From Podarcis tiliguerta (lineage: Eukaryota), in assembly GCA_965153285.1 (NCBI GenBank), contig OZ229115.1: a stretch of DNA of 64,000 nt, one strand, 5' to 3'. The position numbers and the translations under genes were made by a program. The notes under the pieces are model-generated. The model had not been told where the DNA came from. It did not search any database and worked only from the letters and a program-made list of their open reading frames with translations. Shown one piece after another: positions 35,573 through 49,598 of this stretch. The stretch's first letter is position 1. Each line of letters opens with the position of its first letter.

Positions 35573-36802
35573 CTGGAATTCAGAGCCATGAGCTTTCTGC
35601 AGAGCCTCTTTTGTGGAATCCTGGGAGCTGGCGCTTGGCAAGGAGTCCTTCAGGTCTTTCAGGTGGTCTCCAATGTAGTCCACCTTCCTCATGAAGGTGT
35701 TTAGCTCCTGCTGAAGGACCCCAAGCCTCATCAAAATGGCACTGATCAGCTTAGAGTCAGTCATACTCTCATTATCCATGGCTTCGCTCAGCACCAGCTC
35801 TGCACAGTCATTGTCCATGCAGAGCTTGAGACTGGAGGTGAAGCCATTGGCATCAGAGATCAGGACATCAATGGCTTTGCTGACAAGCGCAGCCTGGTCC
35901 CTGATGTCAAGGAGGGTCTCAAGGTCCTTGGACTTGAGAAGCCTGCAGGGGCTGCTTTCATGCGACTTGCTAAAGCCATTGCCAGGTGCTCTCTCCTTGG
36001 CATCATTCTCTCCCCCAATGGGCACCTCTCTCCAAAGCGACGTTGGGATGCACTGGGCAGAGTCACCAGCCTCAGCATCCGTCTCCAGCATGGGCCGAGT
36101 GGTCTGGCAGGAAGCAAGGTCACAGCGCTGCAAGTTGGAGAGCAGGACACGGTTCTCATACTGGAGCTTCTTAACCTTGCCACTTAGCTCACTGATTTGG
36201 ACCTTGGCCGTGGCCAGTTCTTCTTGGGAGGTCTCACTAATCACTGAGCAGCTGTCCTCAGACAGAGTGATGTCCAGGTCATGGTCTGACTTGTACTTAT
36301 TGAGCTCATTCATGAGGAGCTTGTTCTGCTCCTCCAACTCCATCAGCGAGCGCCTCAGCAGTTCTGCCTCCTCCTCCACAAACTGCAAGTGCCGCCTAAG
36401 CTCCACCACACTGTCCCCAGAGTCCCCGCAGTTTGTCATGGAGAAGGCAAACCGGATGTCTTGCCCTAAGAGTTCTTTGTCTCCTTGGCCCCTCATGTCT
36501 TCCATCTCTGCCCTCAGCCCTCGGTTCTCAACCTCAAGCTCTACTATCCTCCGGCTCAAGATGTTGGCTTCTTCCTCTACAAGCTTCAGGTGGACTTTTA
36601 GCTCTGCCTCTCTGGAATGAGGGGAGTCAGCCAGTTCCTCTATGGAGAGGGAGCTCTCCAGGTCCCCATACAAGGATCTGTACTTCGTCAGCTCCTCCTT
36701 CATACTGTCGTTCTCTTTGGCTAACTTGGTCAGTTTCTTGCACATCAGAGCAGATTCCTCCTTAGCAAAATGCAATTGACACTTGAGGTCTGCGCTGTCC
36801 TC
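35573..36802 (-). CDS. SOGA1: SOGA1 large coiled-coil exon EDSADLKCQLHFAKEESALMCKKL...AHGSEFQ
   Basis: atgctag|GAG...CAG|gtgagg; 1230 nt (410 codons); ORF 35543..36775; SOGA-repeat motifs (LQFVEEEAELLRR, LSGKVKKLQYENRVL). Confidence 0.97.
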
Positions 36803-39800
36803 CTAGCATAAAAGAAAGGTACAAACGGTGCAAGCATTACTAAAAACGACACTTTGGGCAGGGTGCTCTGCGCAAAACAGATTATCCTTGAGGCTAACCT
36901 TTATTATGGCATGACGGTTAAAACTAACAATCCACATACTTGAACTTTGTAACATCTACATCCATGTCACACAGGCATGCCAAGATGGGGCAAAATCTGC
37001 TGGCCATCTTGTTTGTTTCCGGTGATTAACCTCTTTATCTCAATGATCCTGGAATATTGTCTTGCTTCCCTGTTGCTTGAGTGGAGGAAAGTTTGCCTAT
37101 GTGGCAGCCTATGTGTTGCCTGGCAGATGTAGCTGGACTACAGTTCCCATCATCCTTGACCACTGGTTGTGCTAGCTAGGGCTGAAGGGAATTGGAGTCC
37201 AAGAACATCAGGAGGGCACCATGTTGGCTAGCCCTGCCCAATAAGGAACCAGTTCCTTTTACACGAGTACACTGTGGTATCAGTTTTACTGCCTTTGAAA
37301 TATACATGTGAGCCTTCCTACACACACTGCAGATTGATTGTTTCCAGATACAATACAAGATTTGACACTCCTGCATTAGCTAGTCTGGTCCCTTCTGCCC
37401 CCAAGGTAGCCCCCTCAGGAACTTTCCAACATAACTGGCAACAGATTATAGAAAATAGTGTTTCCCTTGCCATTCCAGTCCTCAAGGGCAGAATGGTCAC
37501 ACTTTTCAATTTCTATAAACTTGTCCTTTGGGCTACATTCTGTAGAATATAAACAGAATGAACAAATCTAGTAATAGAACAGCTTTGCCCTGGGTCCACA
37601 GTGCTGCACATCTCTAAGTTAGCTTAAACTCTGACACACAAAGACTGCATTTTTAGGCTGTACAATTTACATCTAATCTGTGGTACTGTTTGCAAGAAAA
37701 AATAAAATAAGGCTTATTTTGTCTGTGGATTAAAAGTGCCAGCTCAAACACAAGGGGGTTTTTATTGGTATGGCTCCGAACAAAGAAAGCCTTGTCACAG
37801 AACTCCTTAAGTATTTGGTCTTTCCTGAAGTTCAATAACTGAGGGAAGATGAGAGGGGAATAAGATTGAGCCCCCAACTCCAAAACTGGGGTGGAGAAGA
37901 CTTGTCACTCCCCAAGTAGATCACCCTGCCTCATATTACTATCATGTGAAAATGCATACGCTGTGTACTCCCATGTGTGTTTGCTCAGAACAAAGCCCCA
38001 CTATGCTCAGCTGAACTTACTGCTAGTTTGGAGTTTGGGGCTACAGTTCTAAACAGATCCTTAAAAGAGCCCAGCTGTCTAAGACAAACACAGGCCAAAG
38101 GAACACCATTCCCACCAGGAGAAGAGAGATTCATCTCTCCCATAATTTTGAAAATTTGAATCTTATACAGATGAAGATTCTGCGCTTAACCCAGAATGAA
38201 GAGGGTGGTTTGCTAGGGAAGAAGAGACAGTCAGTCTGATGGACCAGTCTGAATAATTTTAAACATATACTTTTGATATATTCACCAACAAAATACTAAA
38301 AGAAATACACCCTCCACCCAAAAGTAAAGAATTGATCAGCTATTAAAAGGAACAATTGTATCCATACAAAGAGAAATACTATAAATGAGACTCAAATGAT
38401 CCAGAATCACCCACATTCTGGATAATCTATTTTGCATATGTGATATTTCCAGAGCTGTACTACTAATTTTTAATGGACTATATTGGGTTCTGAGGGGGTG
38501 AAGTACAGGACTTTGAGAACCAGAGATGATCTGAAGCAGACACAATGTATCCTTTTCAATAACGTTATATTATCTCCAGTCCCCAAACTGCAAATGAACT
38601 GATCCATCACTGTCTAAACACACAGTATTTTCTTCCTACCCCCTTCTTAATTTTTCTTTCCTTAAGATTTCAGTAATTGCCCCGAGAGTCACACTAAATA
38701 TGATGTGTGTGATCTGTGATTGGATCTCCCAATGCCTTTTTGTTTTCCTAAAATAAGCCACAGGGGATTATTTGGATTTGGACAATTGCACTTGGGGTGG
38801 GGGAATTGAGAGTTTAACACTTTGCCCACCAACTGTTTCCCCAAGGGGAATCCTTCCTCTCCAAGCTGCAATTAGCTGCAAAGAAAAAGAAAAATCAGGT
38901 AGCTCTATGCACCCTTCAGAACTAACAACCAGTTTGCCGAAGGTTCAGTAATGGAAAGGTTTAGTCATGCTCCAAGTTTCAAGAGAAGGAAAAAAATTCT
39001 AAGGAGTCAACTTGCAATTGGTTACTGATTTAGCAAACAGAAGAGAGCTGATCAAATTCCAAAGTATCTAATTCTCCATCTATCCTAGCATCATCTTCAA
39101 GTCTCCCACCAAATGCTTATGTTCACATGATCACAAAAAAACATGATGCCTTTGGTACTAAGTGGCAAAGTCAGGACAGCCTGTTCAATACAATTTTTTT
39201 AATGCATGTTTGAATCAACTCTAAGATTATGTAGGACCGCTGGGGGCGGGTTGAAGTGGGTAAGGTTAAGGAAACAGAACCTTTTTGACCTTTCTATGTC
39301 TTACGAGGGCTTGATCCTAAATAAACCCCACAGATGAAACCAAGGCACGATTTTTGTATGTGTGAATTCACCTCAAAGGCGGAGCAACGTGCTGAAACAG
39401 AGGAAAACATTTCCCTTTTGAAAGGCCCCATGACATGGCAGGGAAGGAGGAAGTCAGCTTTTACAGTTGGGAGTGTGTTTCTGGCTCATTCCAAAAGAGA
39501 GCCAAATAACTGTGACTAAAGCCCTTGCTAACGGATGAATCTGTTCTCTTCCCTGCAAAAGACAAGGGCGGAGAGAAATCCCCGCTCTGCTCTCCCAGAT
39601 CTCCCAATGCCTCCCCCCCCCCCCGCCCCACAACCTCCGCCCTCCAAACCGTTAGGAAATACTATACAGTTTGGAGACTTATTTGCTCAAATTCCCTGTG
39701 GAACTCCGAGGATTTGAATTTTCCCCTCAAGGAATATTACCTCATAAGAAATGACTGTTTGGTTATAAAATTAGTTCATTTCCTGTTTCCATAGCTCGCT

Positions 39801-40348
39801 GAGGGAGAAAAAAAACTGACAAATTCCTCCCCAGAAAAGAAACTCTCCACCAGGCACTCAATGCCTCCTTTCCAGATGGCCAATACAGTGTGAACATTCA
39901 GTTGCAACGGTCAGGCCTGACATTGCATCAGCCACAGTTGAAAAAGGCAGCTATTATTAACTCTCTAGAATGTCCTGCATTGTTGTCCTTGCGCATGCAA
40001 AAAATTCACTGCACCAGATCCAGGCACAGAAAAATCTCACATGAAAGAGAAGAAAAGACAGTGACTGTTTATCGTTTGACGCATTCATGTGAGCATTCAT
40101 GCTGCTTTGGAATTCTAAGCACAGCCTCCACACCAAGGTTCAATGGAAACCCTGCACAGCAAAGTAACTTACAAAACTTAATGCTTTTGGAGCCTGGTTT
40201 TCAAATGCTCGAACATCCCTCAAGGGGTTCAAATGTCAAGAAGACTTCAGGCTGAGGCCATATGGATGTGGGCATTGTAGCTCTAGTGCTCCCAGTTTGG
40301 AGATTTAATACCAAATCAAGGAGCCTGCCCAGCAATGATGAATTTTAC

Positions 40349-40373
40349 TAGTAGTAGTAGTAGTAGTAGTAGT
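40349..40373. repeat. (TAG)n microsatellite
   Basis: Direct reading. Confidence 0.9.
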
Positions 40374-41304
40374 CTCCTTCAGCCATACAGATCTGAAGAG
40401 ATGAGCAGGTGAATCGATTCCCTCCTCTTAAATGCCTCATATGAACAAACCCTTTTGAAAGGAACTAATTTTCTTCTGAATGTGGGACCCAGAATGCACT
40501 GTGGAAGTAAAACAGTAACAGTCATGGAAAGCTTTGCTTTTGATTGGGTGATTAAGTGCAGGGGATCTAGGAATCTACACAGTTATGACTGTACTTGGAA
40601 TACGGCTTCTTTGGTAGTGGGAGGAAAATGCCTGTGGTATATGTATTAAACTGCTCCTTCTAACAACAACTGCTATCTGTTTACCGGGATCTATTTACTC
40701 CACCCTTCATGAACATTTATCTCAAGGAAGTTTACAATACAATTTAAAATCCAAAACAAACAACATGAAAGATATCCTATAAAACTCAGGAGTCCAAAAA
40801 GAAGGTATGAGTCAAATGGACAGGGGGGCATGGTACCCTTACAAAGCACAAATTTAATCCCATTCTCCACTCTTCTCTCTATATATATCCATATCCTCAA
40901 CAATACTTCTTCATGCCTCCCATCCCTTTCCCTCTTTTTTGGATTTAAAGAAGCACAGACCATGTGCAATTTGGCAAACTGCATAAAGCATTTAAGTTGA
41001 GTTGATTTTTGAACACTGGTCATATTTGTGTTATTTATTCAAAGAGCATTTTTTTTGACATAGAATTCCAAGCTCATCTACACAGAAAGTTTAGCTACAA
41101 TATTTTACTTGTACTCAACAACTGCTAATCTATCAGCCTGGAGCCACCAAAGTATGACCGCCGCCAAGCATTTGCACAGAGAAGGCAGATGGACCTTATA
41201 ATTTTCTGCTAAGGTTCTTTTTTCATTTCACACAAATCATATATTTATATGTAGCTAGATGTTTTTTTCCAAAAAAGGGGGTTGTGCAGAGCATGCTTGC
41301 AAAA

Positions 41305-41305
<1 letters not shown>

Positions 41306-41338
<33 letters not shown>
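41306..41338. repeat. (TG)n microsatellite
   Basis: Direct reading. Confidence 0.95.
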
Positions 41339-41341
<3 letters not shown>

Positions 41342-43431
41342 CATAATAGTCTTATTCATATATTTAAGTGCAGCAGACCAATATAGGTGAACAGGAAGTC
41401 TAAGAACTCTCAGGAAGAATGAGGAGACTGGGAATTCAAACAGACTCAGATTACAGTGTATAAACTTTCTCCTAGGACGTGACATCCTCCCTACAGATAA
41501 TTATTCTCTTTGCCTGATAATAGAAGTGTCAGAAAAGGGAAAGCACTGATGCAACACGGACTAGATCGTCTTTCCAGATGTTCAGATAGTACTTCTTATA
41601 ACTGTACAAATGGAGGATCTTCAAAAGGACTGCTTCAAACATTGTAAATTCCCACCTGGAAAGCACTTCATATGCGTTGCCTAATATTTAAGCTCTGCTA
41701 AAATACCATTAATAAAACTCACCCATCAACCCACACCCAGTTCAGAACTCTTCCTAGGGTGTGGTGGAGGCTAATGATTATGACCCTATCCTTTCATCAA
41801 CATTTATGGTATATAAAGCTGCAGTGTATATTACAGGACAAACCTTGGTCTTAGTTACACCAGCATTTGTGGGAGACATGCCTATAATTATTTCTGTGAA
41901 GATGATAAGTCTATCACTGCTTCAATCTATCGTGTGCTATAAGCATGCATAGGTGCTATTGTTCCTTAAAGGTATCTGGACAAAAGCATGAATATACTTG
42001 CCAGATCACTGACAACTAGCCAAAATGAGGAAGGTGCGAAGTTTCAGCAGAACCATGCATATTTCCCTCAGCTATTTTTGTAACAAATGGTTGTATTCTG
42101 AATTCAATTTTAATTTTGGTTTCAATTCGGGCTTCGAGAGGGGCAGGAACTCAATTTAAAAATTACCAACGCAACGCAATGGACTGGAATTCATTCCAGC
42201 TTTGTTTTATTCTGTCACCAAGCTGTTTCCTTTGCATCACTGCTTCTTTCTAATGCCACCCCCCCTGGCATTATTACAGGGGATTTGGATAATGTATTCC
42301 AGATATTCCACTGCTACTCAGGGTCAACCAACGCAATGCAGAGCATTTAACCACTAGAATCCAAGAATCGAATGCAAAGGCAATTTTAAAATAAAAATAA
42401 AAATTGCCAGCCTGTTCTTCTACCTGATTAAAATGTGGTCAGTACCTTTCCGTATAAAAAAAACAAATTGCACAAGCACAGAAACAAAAATGCCACTGGT
42501 GCACAGTTTCAACATCGGCTTTTATCCTTTGCATCATGGTACCAGCTGCACTTGAGGGCATATAGGATAACCTTTCACTTTTCAGAAAGTAAAAATATTT
42601 ATTTGCCAGAGAATGTTGCAACTGGTAAATATGCCGAAGCAGGTGGACATGCTAGAACATTTGAAAATCCTATTCCTCTTACAGCGCACACCTCTGCTTG
42701 AACCCTAACAGCTAAAAGTGGCATCCTTTGCAAGAGAACAAGGCAGGGCTCTCTGCTTTGCTTGCCTACAAAATAAATAAAAATCCCGAACTTGCACTGC
42801 ATACCAGCACAGTGGGTCCACTACCCAGGCCTCTATGGTGAGAAAATAATTAGGGGCAATGGTCAGTTCTATACCCTCCTTATCTTGAAAAAAGATATTC
42901 GCACAGCTTTCTTGCTAGGGGGAATAGGGCTGGCTCCCCATGCCAGGTCATGCACACAATAAGCTGAATATACCTAGTCCAGGGAGATACATCCCAACAG
43001 CTGGTGTTAAGACAACTAAGGCAAATATGTTTGCTAAGGCAAACACATTCCACATATCTGTTCCTCAAGAACTGAAGACCAGCCCAAATGTACATTTTGA
43101 AGTAGCCAGATGCTAAGTCAGCTCACTGTTACATATAGACCATTACCTACTGGTCTATTACTCAGACTAGCTGTGGTTCTCTGGGTTATGATCATTCTCA
43201 GCCCTGTTAGCAAAGTTCCTTTTCACTAGAGGTGCCAGGGATGGAACTTGGGACGCTCTTTATGCAAAGTGTGTTGTTCTACCAGTGAGCTGCAGGTTCT
43301 CCCTTGATGGGGTTAAGAGAAAGAGAACGTTGTCCTCAGGTACAAGGTGAAGCAACTACATAAGTGCCCAGCAGTTCAGCCCTTACGGCAAGCAAATTTG
43401 GCAAGCTGCTTTGCAGGAAGGTGTTAGGTAC

Positions 43432-43494
43432 CTGAACAGATGACTTCTTGTCTGTCTTCCCAAGAGAACGTGATCCTCTTTTCTTCAGAGAATT
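43432..43494 (-). CDS. SOGA1: SOGA1 exon NSLKKRGSRSLGKTDKKSSVQ
   Basis: ctgtttcag|AAT...CAG|gtacct; 63 nt, phase 0/0; matches recalled human HSLKKRGTRSLGKADKKTLVQ; too short for the ORF track. Confidence 0.93.
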
Positions 43495-44100
43495 CTGAAA
43501 CAGAAGAGGTAATGCGAAGGATAGTTATTTACTGAATTTATTTCCAGCAAAGTTTTCACAATACGTTGCACACATTGATCAAAATTATTTTTTTAAGTGA
43601 TGAATCTGTTAAAGTGGTAATGAGTTTAAGTAATATGAGCCCTTCATTAATGAAAGATTGAGCCAGTCACCAGCTGGGAGTACTTTTAGGGGCTTCCTTG
43701 TTTTGTTTTTTTGTTTGTTTTTTTAGCTTTCTACATTTTTACTCCCAGAATCACATACGAGTTTAATTCTGTATGTTTAGTATTTATTGAATGCCACATA
43801 TAATTTAGCAACAAAATTAATGGCACTGTATTATATTGTAATGTCTCAGATATTAACTTTGTAATAATCTTTCAGCACACACAAAAATGAAATTAAAAAA
43901 ACTAGAAAATGAGCTGAGTGCTATTAACAGGCACGAGTCCTTAACATATTCCTCCTTCTTTTCTATCACTGTGCGTTATCCTTCACCCACAAATTTCTGT
44001 AGAAACTGACAAGGCTGGAGTCCATAACAGTCTGGGATTCCACTCCCCCACCCAAAAAAAAAGAGAGTATTTCTGCCCAACAGCAATAGTATGCATAATA

Positions 44101-44304
44101 CAGTGGTACTTTGGTTTTCGAACGTCTCCGTTGACGAACATTTTGGTTTTGAATGCGCCTCGGAAGTCAAACATGCCACGCGGCTTCCGCTGAGTGAGAG
44201 ATCCTGAGGCCTAGCTGTCGGCTGTTGAGTTTTCAGTTTTCGAATGTTTCAGAGCTCGAACAGTCTTCCAGAACGGATTACATTCGAAAACCGAGGTACC
44301 ACTG
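44101..44304. mobile_element. Tigger/pogo-like MITE
   Basis: 22-bp TIR with 2 mismatches (CAGTGGTACyTyGGTTTTCGAA); TA TSD on both sides. Confidence 0.87.
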
Positions 44305-45596
44305 TAGTACTTAACTTTTAAAAAGGAATCTGACAATACATTTCCTAAGACTTCACTAAACTTTGACCATTTCATGAGAATCGAAGCAGGAAGAGTGAAG
44401 GAATTCAGTATAAGTGAAGCTGAGAAGGCTTTTCTTGACCTTGCCACTTTCAATGGAGCCCAGTGAGGGTGGGACAGTGAAGAAAATGGCCAGAAAAGCA
44501 TGACAGAAAAGCATGGTAATGCAGTGTATATCTCATTATTAACGATCACTAGTCACATCACAACAGCATTTAATTTGAATCTAGTTTTAAGGAATTTTGG
44601 ACTGGCATCTGGAGTAGGCAAGCATGGCATACCTTCTGCATAAACTGGAGTAGGTGTGGACCACAGGGCTGGACCATAATGGTAGAAGTGGAACAATTGC
44701 ACCAAAGCCTATGTCTGTCTGCAAGGGGCCTTCTTGCCTCCATTTACTCACTGCTATTGCACTCACTGTCTGCCTTGCCACCTCTGTCTGTTGTGGTATA
44801 CAAATATGTATAATAAAACTAACAAATGATTTTAATTCAGTATGGGTTTTGGGGTTTTTTTAAGTTCCTGCACTCCTTTGGGGGATGGGGAGGGACCCTT
44901 TCTGAAAACTGCACCTGGGTCTTCCCCATCACCTTAATCCAACCTTGGGTGTTTGCTTTTCCAGCTTTAAATGTCACAACTTGTATTCAGGTTTGCTATG
45001 CATTAACAGAAGGCAGCGGATGAGGGTGGGTGGGATATTCCCAAGTGATAATTAAGGCTCTTGAAAATCCATGCATGACTTTTGTTGAAAACTCTCATTT
45101 TGATCTGGGCAGGCACAATTCCTGTGTGCAAAGCTAGAAGAGCAGAATACACAAATGACTCTAGCTTTCCTGACAAAATTGGAAAATAGAAGCCACTTCG
45201 TATGGGAATCGACACATCTCTATAGCTAAGTGGTGTCGTCTGACATTTGGAGAGCAGCAGAAACACATCCTACAAACAAACACAAAGGAAAGGAAAGCAC
45301 TGTAGAGAATAAGGTGCCATATCTGAGATATCAAAGGTCGAGATTTATTTATAAAGGGCTAGAAAGCTTTGAAGATTCTTGATCATATGGGCACAGCCTG
45401 GCTATTCATAGTCAAGACATATGCTTTCAAGTTGGAGAAAAGAATAACCGCACAAGGTCCAATGAAAAAAAGATTACATCTTAATTACCTTGGCTGAAGC
45501 TTTACAGAAAAACCACCTTTGCAAGGCTCAGACAAAAAGCAAGCAGTTGATTATAACCCTATATTTCCAAGTCACTGTGCTCCCCACAAACTAGGG

Positions 45597-45876
45597 CAGG
45601 GGTCTGCAACCAGCGGCTCCGGAGCCGCATGTGGCTCTTTTACACCTTTGCCGCGGCTCCAGGGCGGATACTAGCGTGGGGAGGAGGCGCATTGTGCACC
45701 CCGACACTCCCCACTGTGGCGGGCGCTGTACTGGCTGTGACGTCGCATGGGGGGCGGTGCGTGCGTTAGTCACGAACTGTCCCGACGTCACCTTCCCGGT
45801 TTTGCGGCTCCCAGTTTTTTTCCCTTCGGAAACGGGTCCAAGTGGCTCTTTTTGTCTTAAAGGTTGCAGACCCCTG
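45597..45876. mobile_element. Young hAT-type MITE
   Basis: Perfect 15-bp TIR CAGGGGTCTGCAACC; perfect 8-bp TSD AACTAGGG; CpG-rich. Confidence 0.9.
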
Positions 45877-45946
45877 AACTAGGGTCTCCTCCCTTCTATT
45901 CGCACGTTAAACCACTTTTTTGGGGGGGTTGAATTAATGCCCCATG

Positions 45947-46305
45947 GGGACGCGGGTGGCGCTGTGGGTAAAAGCCTCAGCGCCTAGGGCTTGCCGATCG
46001 AAAGGTCGGCGGTTCGAATCCCCGTGGCGGGGTGCACTCCCGTTGCTCGGTCCCAGCACCTGCCAACCTAGCAGTTCGAAAGCACCCCCGGGTGCAAGTA
46101 GATAAATAGGGACCGCTTACTAGCGGGAAGGTAAACGGCGTTTCGTGTGCTGCGCTGGCTCGCCAGATGCAGCTTGTCACGCTGGCCACGTGACCCGGAA
46201 GTGTCTCCGGACAGCGCTGGCCCCCGGCCTCTTGAGTGAGATGGGCGCACAACCCTAGAGTCTGTCAAGACTGGCCCGTACGCGCAGGGGTACCTTTACC
46301 TTTAC
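45947..46305 (+). mobile_element. Full-length Sauria SINE (Squam1/POM-type, tRNA-derived)
   Basis: Head GGGACGCGGGTGGCGCTGTGG (A box), B box GGTTCGAATCC at 46011-46021, (ACCTTT)n tail; CpGs largely intact, so young. Confidence 0.88.
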
Positions 46306-49300
46306 TAGCCTAGTAATCATGGGAATGCCTTATTCGCCAGGTACAGTTAACAAACCAGATTCATAACATTTAAATATTCCTATATTTTAAGTCTTCCAAC
46401 AAAACAATAGGTAGAAGTATTAAGAGATTCGATCCCCTCTCCCAGCAGAAAACTGAATTGGGGAGACGACAATGAAGCCATCAATTTAGAACCCAACTGT
46501 TGTGTTCGCATTACGTTGTATAGGAATTGGTAACATCCAGTGATGAAAGCTATCATTATTCTGTGCCAAGCAAGTAGCAGGGGCACACTGGGTTGTTGAA
46601 TGTTCAGAATTCCTCTGATTATCTGATGCTGGGAATAAACAACGGCAGAGCTGCGTGCCTTCATACCCTGCCTTTGTCTGATTCAGCACGATAACATGTA
46701 TGTCCAGATTCCGAAGGAACAAGAATTGTACAATTTTAAAGTGGCTTTAGAAATTGGCTGTGCTTGATTCAGAACTTCCTCTCCCTCCTCCTTTTGTCAG
46801 GAGCTGCTAGGATCTGTGGGGTGGCTGCCCCATATAATGAACCACTGGAATCAGAGGTTGCAGCCTTTTTGGAAAAGAACCAGAGAGAAATAGCACATTC
46901 CTTCGGTTGTTCTTCAGTCCTGACTTCTGACTTGCTCTATGTCAATGGCTTCTTACTTGACTTGCCCTCACACTGGTGCCCACAGCCCAGCCCTGGCATC
47001 CTCATAACAGATGACAGCACAATCCTAACCAGGTCTACTAAAAAAAAAGCCCTAATGGAGTTGCAGTTAAGTAAGTGGGTTCAGTGCATCAGCCTATCTG
47101 CCACCCTTTGTGTCAGAGAAGAAGCCGCCTATGTGGTCACAGGGGATACCACATTTGTCTTGGGAGTGTGGAGACCTGGGCTTAAATTCCAGCTCAGCCA
47201 GGGATTCATTGGGCAGAAAGAGGTACGCCGCCATCACCAAGCCTTATCCCCCCACCAGCAAGTCTGAAATAAAACACAAATTTGCTGTGGTTTTGATTAG
47301 GATTATACTGTCATGGAGAATAGGGCTATCAGTGACTGCTAGCCACTATGGCTATCTTCTAACTCCGCTGTTGGAGGTATGTCTCTGGATGCCAAGTCAC
47401 TGGGAATCGTAAGCGGGTAGAGGTGCTGCTCTGCTCCGTTCCTTCTTGCAGGTTTCTCACAGGCAGCTGGTTAACCACTGTGAGAACAGGATGCTAGACT
47501 AGATAGGTCATTGGCCTGATCCAGCACAGCTCTCCTTATAAGATATCTGATGCCCTCAAATTTATTCTATTACTAGGTAAGACTATAGCTCTTTGCTGGG
47601 CCAGCTTTTGAGGCTTCAAATCTTGTAAATACTTGCCAATAAAAGGTTTCTCCTTGCCTAATTTATGTCTCTCTTCTGCCTCCTAACAAGCACCTCCTCA
47701 CTCCGCAGGAGAGACGGAATGCAGCCAGTGCTATTAAAAAGCTCGCTATAATGAAAAGCTGGTCTGCCGCTCCCACCCTCTAATACCCCCACAAAGCGTT
47801 CAGTAAACCAAGCAGGGAGATACGCATCAATAAAAGTCATAACACAGGTCAGAATGGTGCCCCTTGGACGCCATTCTGTCCACACATAGTGAGCCAAAAA
47901 TATTCAAAAGCTGGTGCTACAGCTCCATAGCCAAGAAATGCAGCTGTGAAATGTGAGCCGCTGCTTGTGCCAGCGCTCAGAGATCCAGGCCACTCCTATT
48001 AAGGACAAACCTATTCTTCAAAAGCCACGGCTTCTCTCAGTGGCTTGGCACACCCTAGACAGCAAGCTGGAGGTCCAAGGGAGGGATATGGAGACAGCAG
48101 CACCCGAACAGTGCTGCTTGATCCCATCTCCAGTAGAAATCCAACACATTTGCACCACAGCAGTAAATGATCCCTGATGAGGTTGGTGAGCCAGCCATTC
48201 CAGTTCCCACCCTTCCACACAAGCAAAAAAAAACCCCAAGCCAGTGATGAATTTCACCACAGCCAAGAACACACACCCAGCAAGCTGCCTGTGAGATAGA
48301 GGCTAGCTGGCTCTGCTTGCCGGACAGACAAATTTGGGGGGTCCCTTCTGCAGCGGTCTAAAATTCCTTGCAGTGTTTTAGCACTTCCAACCTCCACAGA
48401 CTATAGCAACCCATTCTGGTGGTCTCCACTCAGAGCTACAGGTATGCAGTGGTCATATTTTTCTGTAAACTGCCTAGAGTGGTTTGGTTTTTTTACAACC
48501 AGCAGTGTATAAATTATATGAAATAAGTCCTAAATAAATGCATGCTTTTATGATTCATTTATTGGACAAAGGACCCAGCATTCTGAATACCTAGCTCTTA
48601 AAAGCTGAAGAGTTTACGAATAATGCACAGGGTAGTAGAAGAAGGGGTCAGAGGATTTCCAGTGGTCAGGGGGTCATGACCTTCACCATGATTACCAAAA
48701 AGCACAATGATGCAAACAAGTGATCATGTGCAATGATGCAATTTTTGAAAGATAAAGAAAGCAAGAGAGAAATGTGCAAAACGCAAAACAAACTGCAGAA
48801 TGAAGTTGGGTTTTTTTTGTTTTTTTTGCACAGGACATGGCTCACTATGAGTCAGGAGTCCAATGTTTGTTTTATCACAGAATATGTACAAGTGCAGAGC
48901 AAATAGCTGGCTTTCCACAATGAGTGAGGGGTGTAAGAAAAGGAAATGCCCCCCCCCCCATTTTTCCAGGGGAACTTCCTGTCGATGGACATGCTGCATC
49001 AGCAGTGGAGGACAATATAATAGTTATGGTCACTCTGTCATCACAAGCAATTCCCATGACCAGCATTGAGTTGCCGAGTTGGCTGCCACCAACATAAGCC
49101 AAACTGGATCTGGCTGGTTTTATAACTTCTTTGGCTGCCCTGCTGTTTTCAATGCACACCCCCCCCTTTTTTTTTTTTTGCTGCAGTTTGTGCACATTCG
49201 ATAGCAAAAGCTAACAAATGTGATTAAATGTGACTGCTGCCATGTTGATGCAACCAGACACACACATAAGCTCCCTTTCAGACCCCTCCAGGCTCCAGCA

Positions 49301-49508
49301 TAAACAAGTCTTTCTGAATCCCTCCCCCCTGCAAGACAAATGAAGCCACAGGTGCAAACAGTGCGCGTGACAATTAATTGGCCTTTCCAACACTTATCCA
49401 ATTATCAGAGATGCTCCCTCCAGCTGGAGAATAATCAGCACATAATCCCCTTAGGAGCAAGCCCCCTCCCACTGCTCAGAAGCCTTCCAGAGGTAGTTTG
49501 TGCATGCC

Positions 49509-49598
49509 CATAGCTGTCAACTTTTCCCTTTTCTTGCAAGGAATCCTATTTGGAATAAGGGGATTTCCCTTTTAAAAAGGGAAACACTGACAACTATG
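49509..49598. mobile_element. 90-bp palindromic hAT-type MITE
   Basis: Ends CATAGCTGTCA...TGACAACTATG; perfect 8-bp TSD TGCATGCC. Confidence 0.85.

Noticed and set aside
35736-36620. 294-aa plus-strand ORF (and 14897..15511, 14929..15474)
   Set aside because: Antisense shadow ORFs of SOGA1 exons; Ser/Leu-rich as expected from complementing E/K/L codons.
45947-46025. tRNA-like A/B boxes
   Set aside because: Head of the Sauria SINE, not a tRNA gene.
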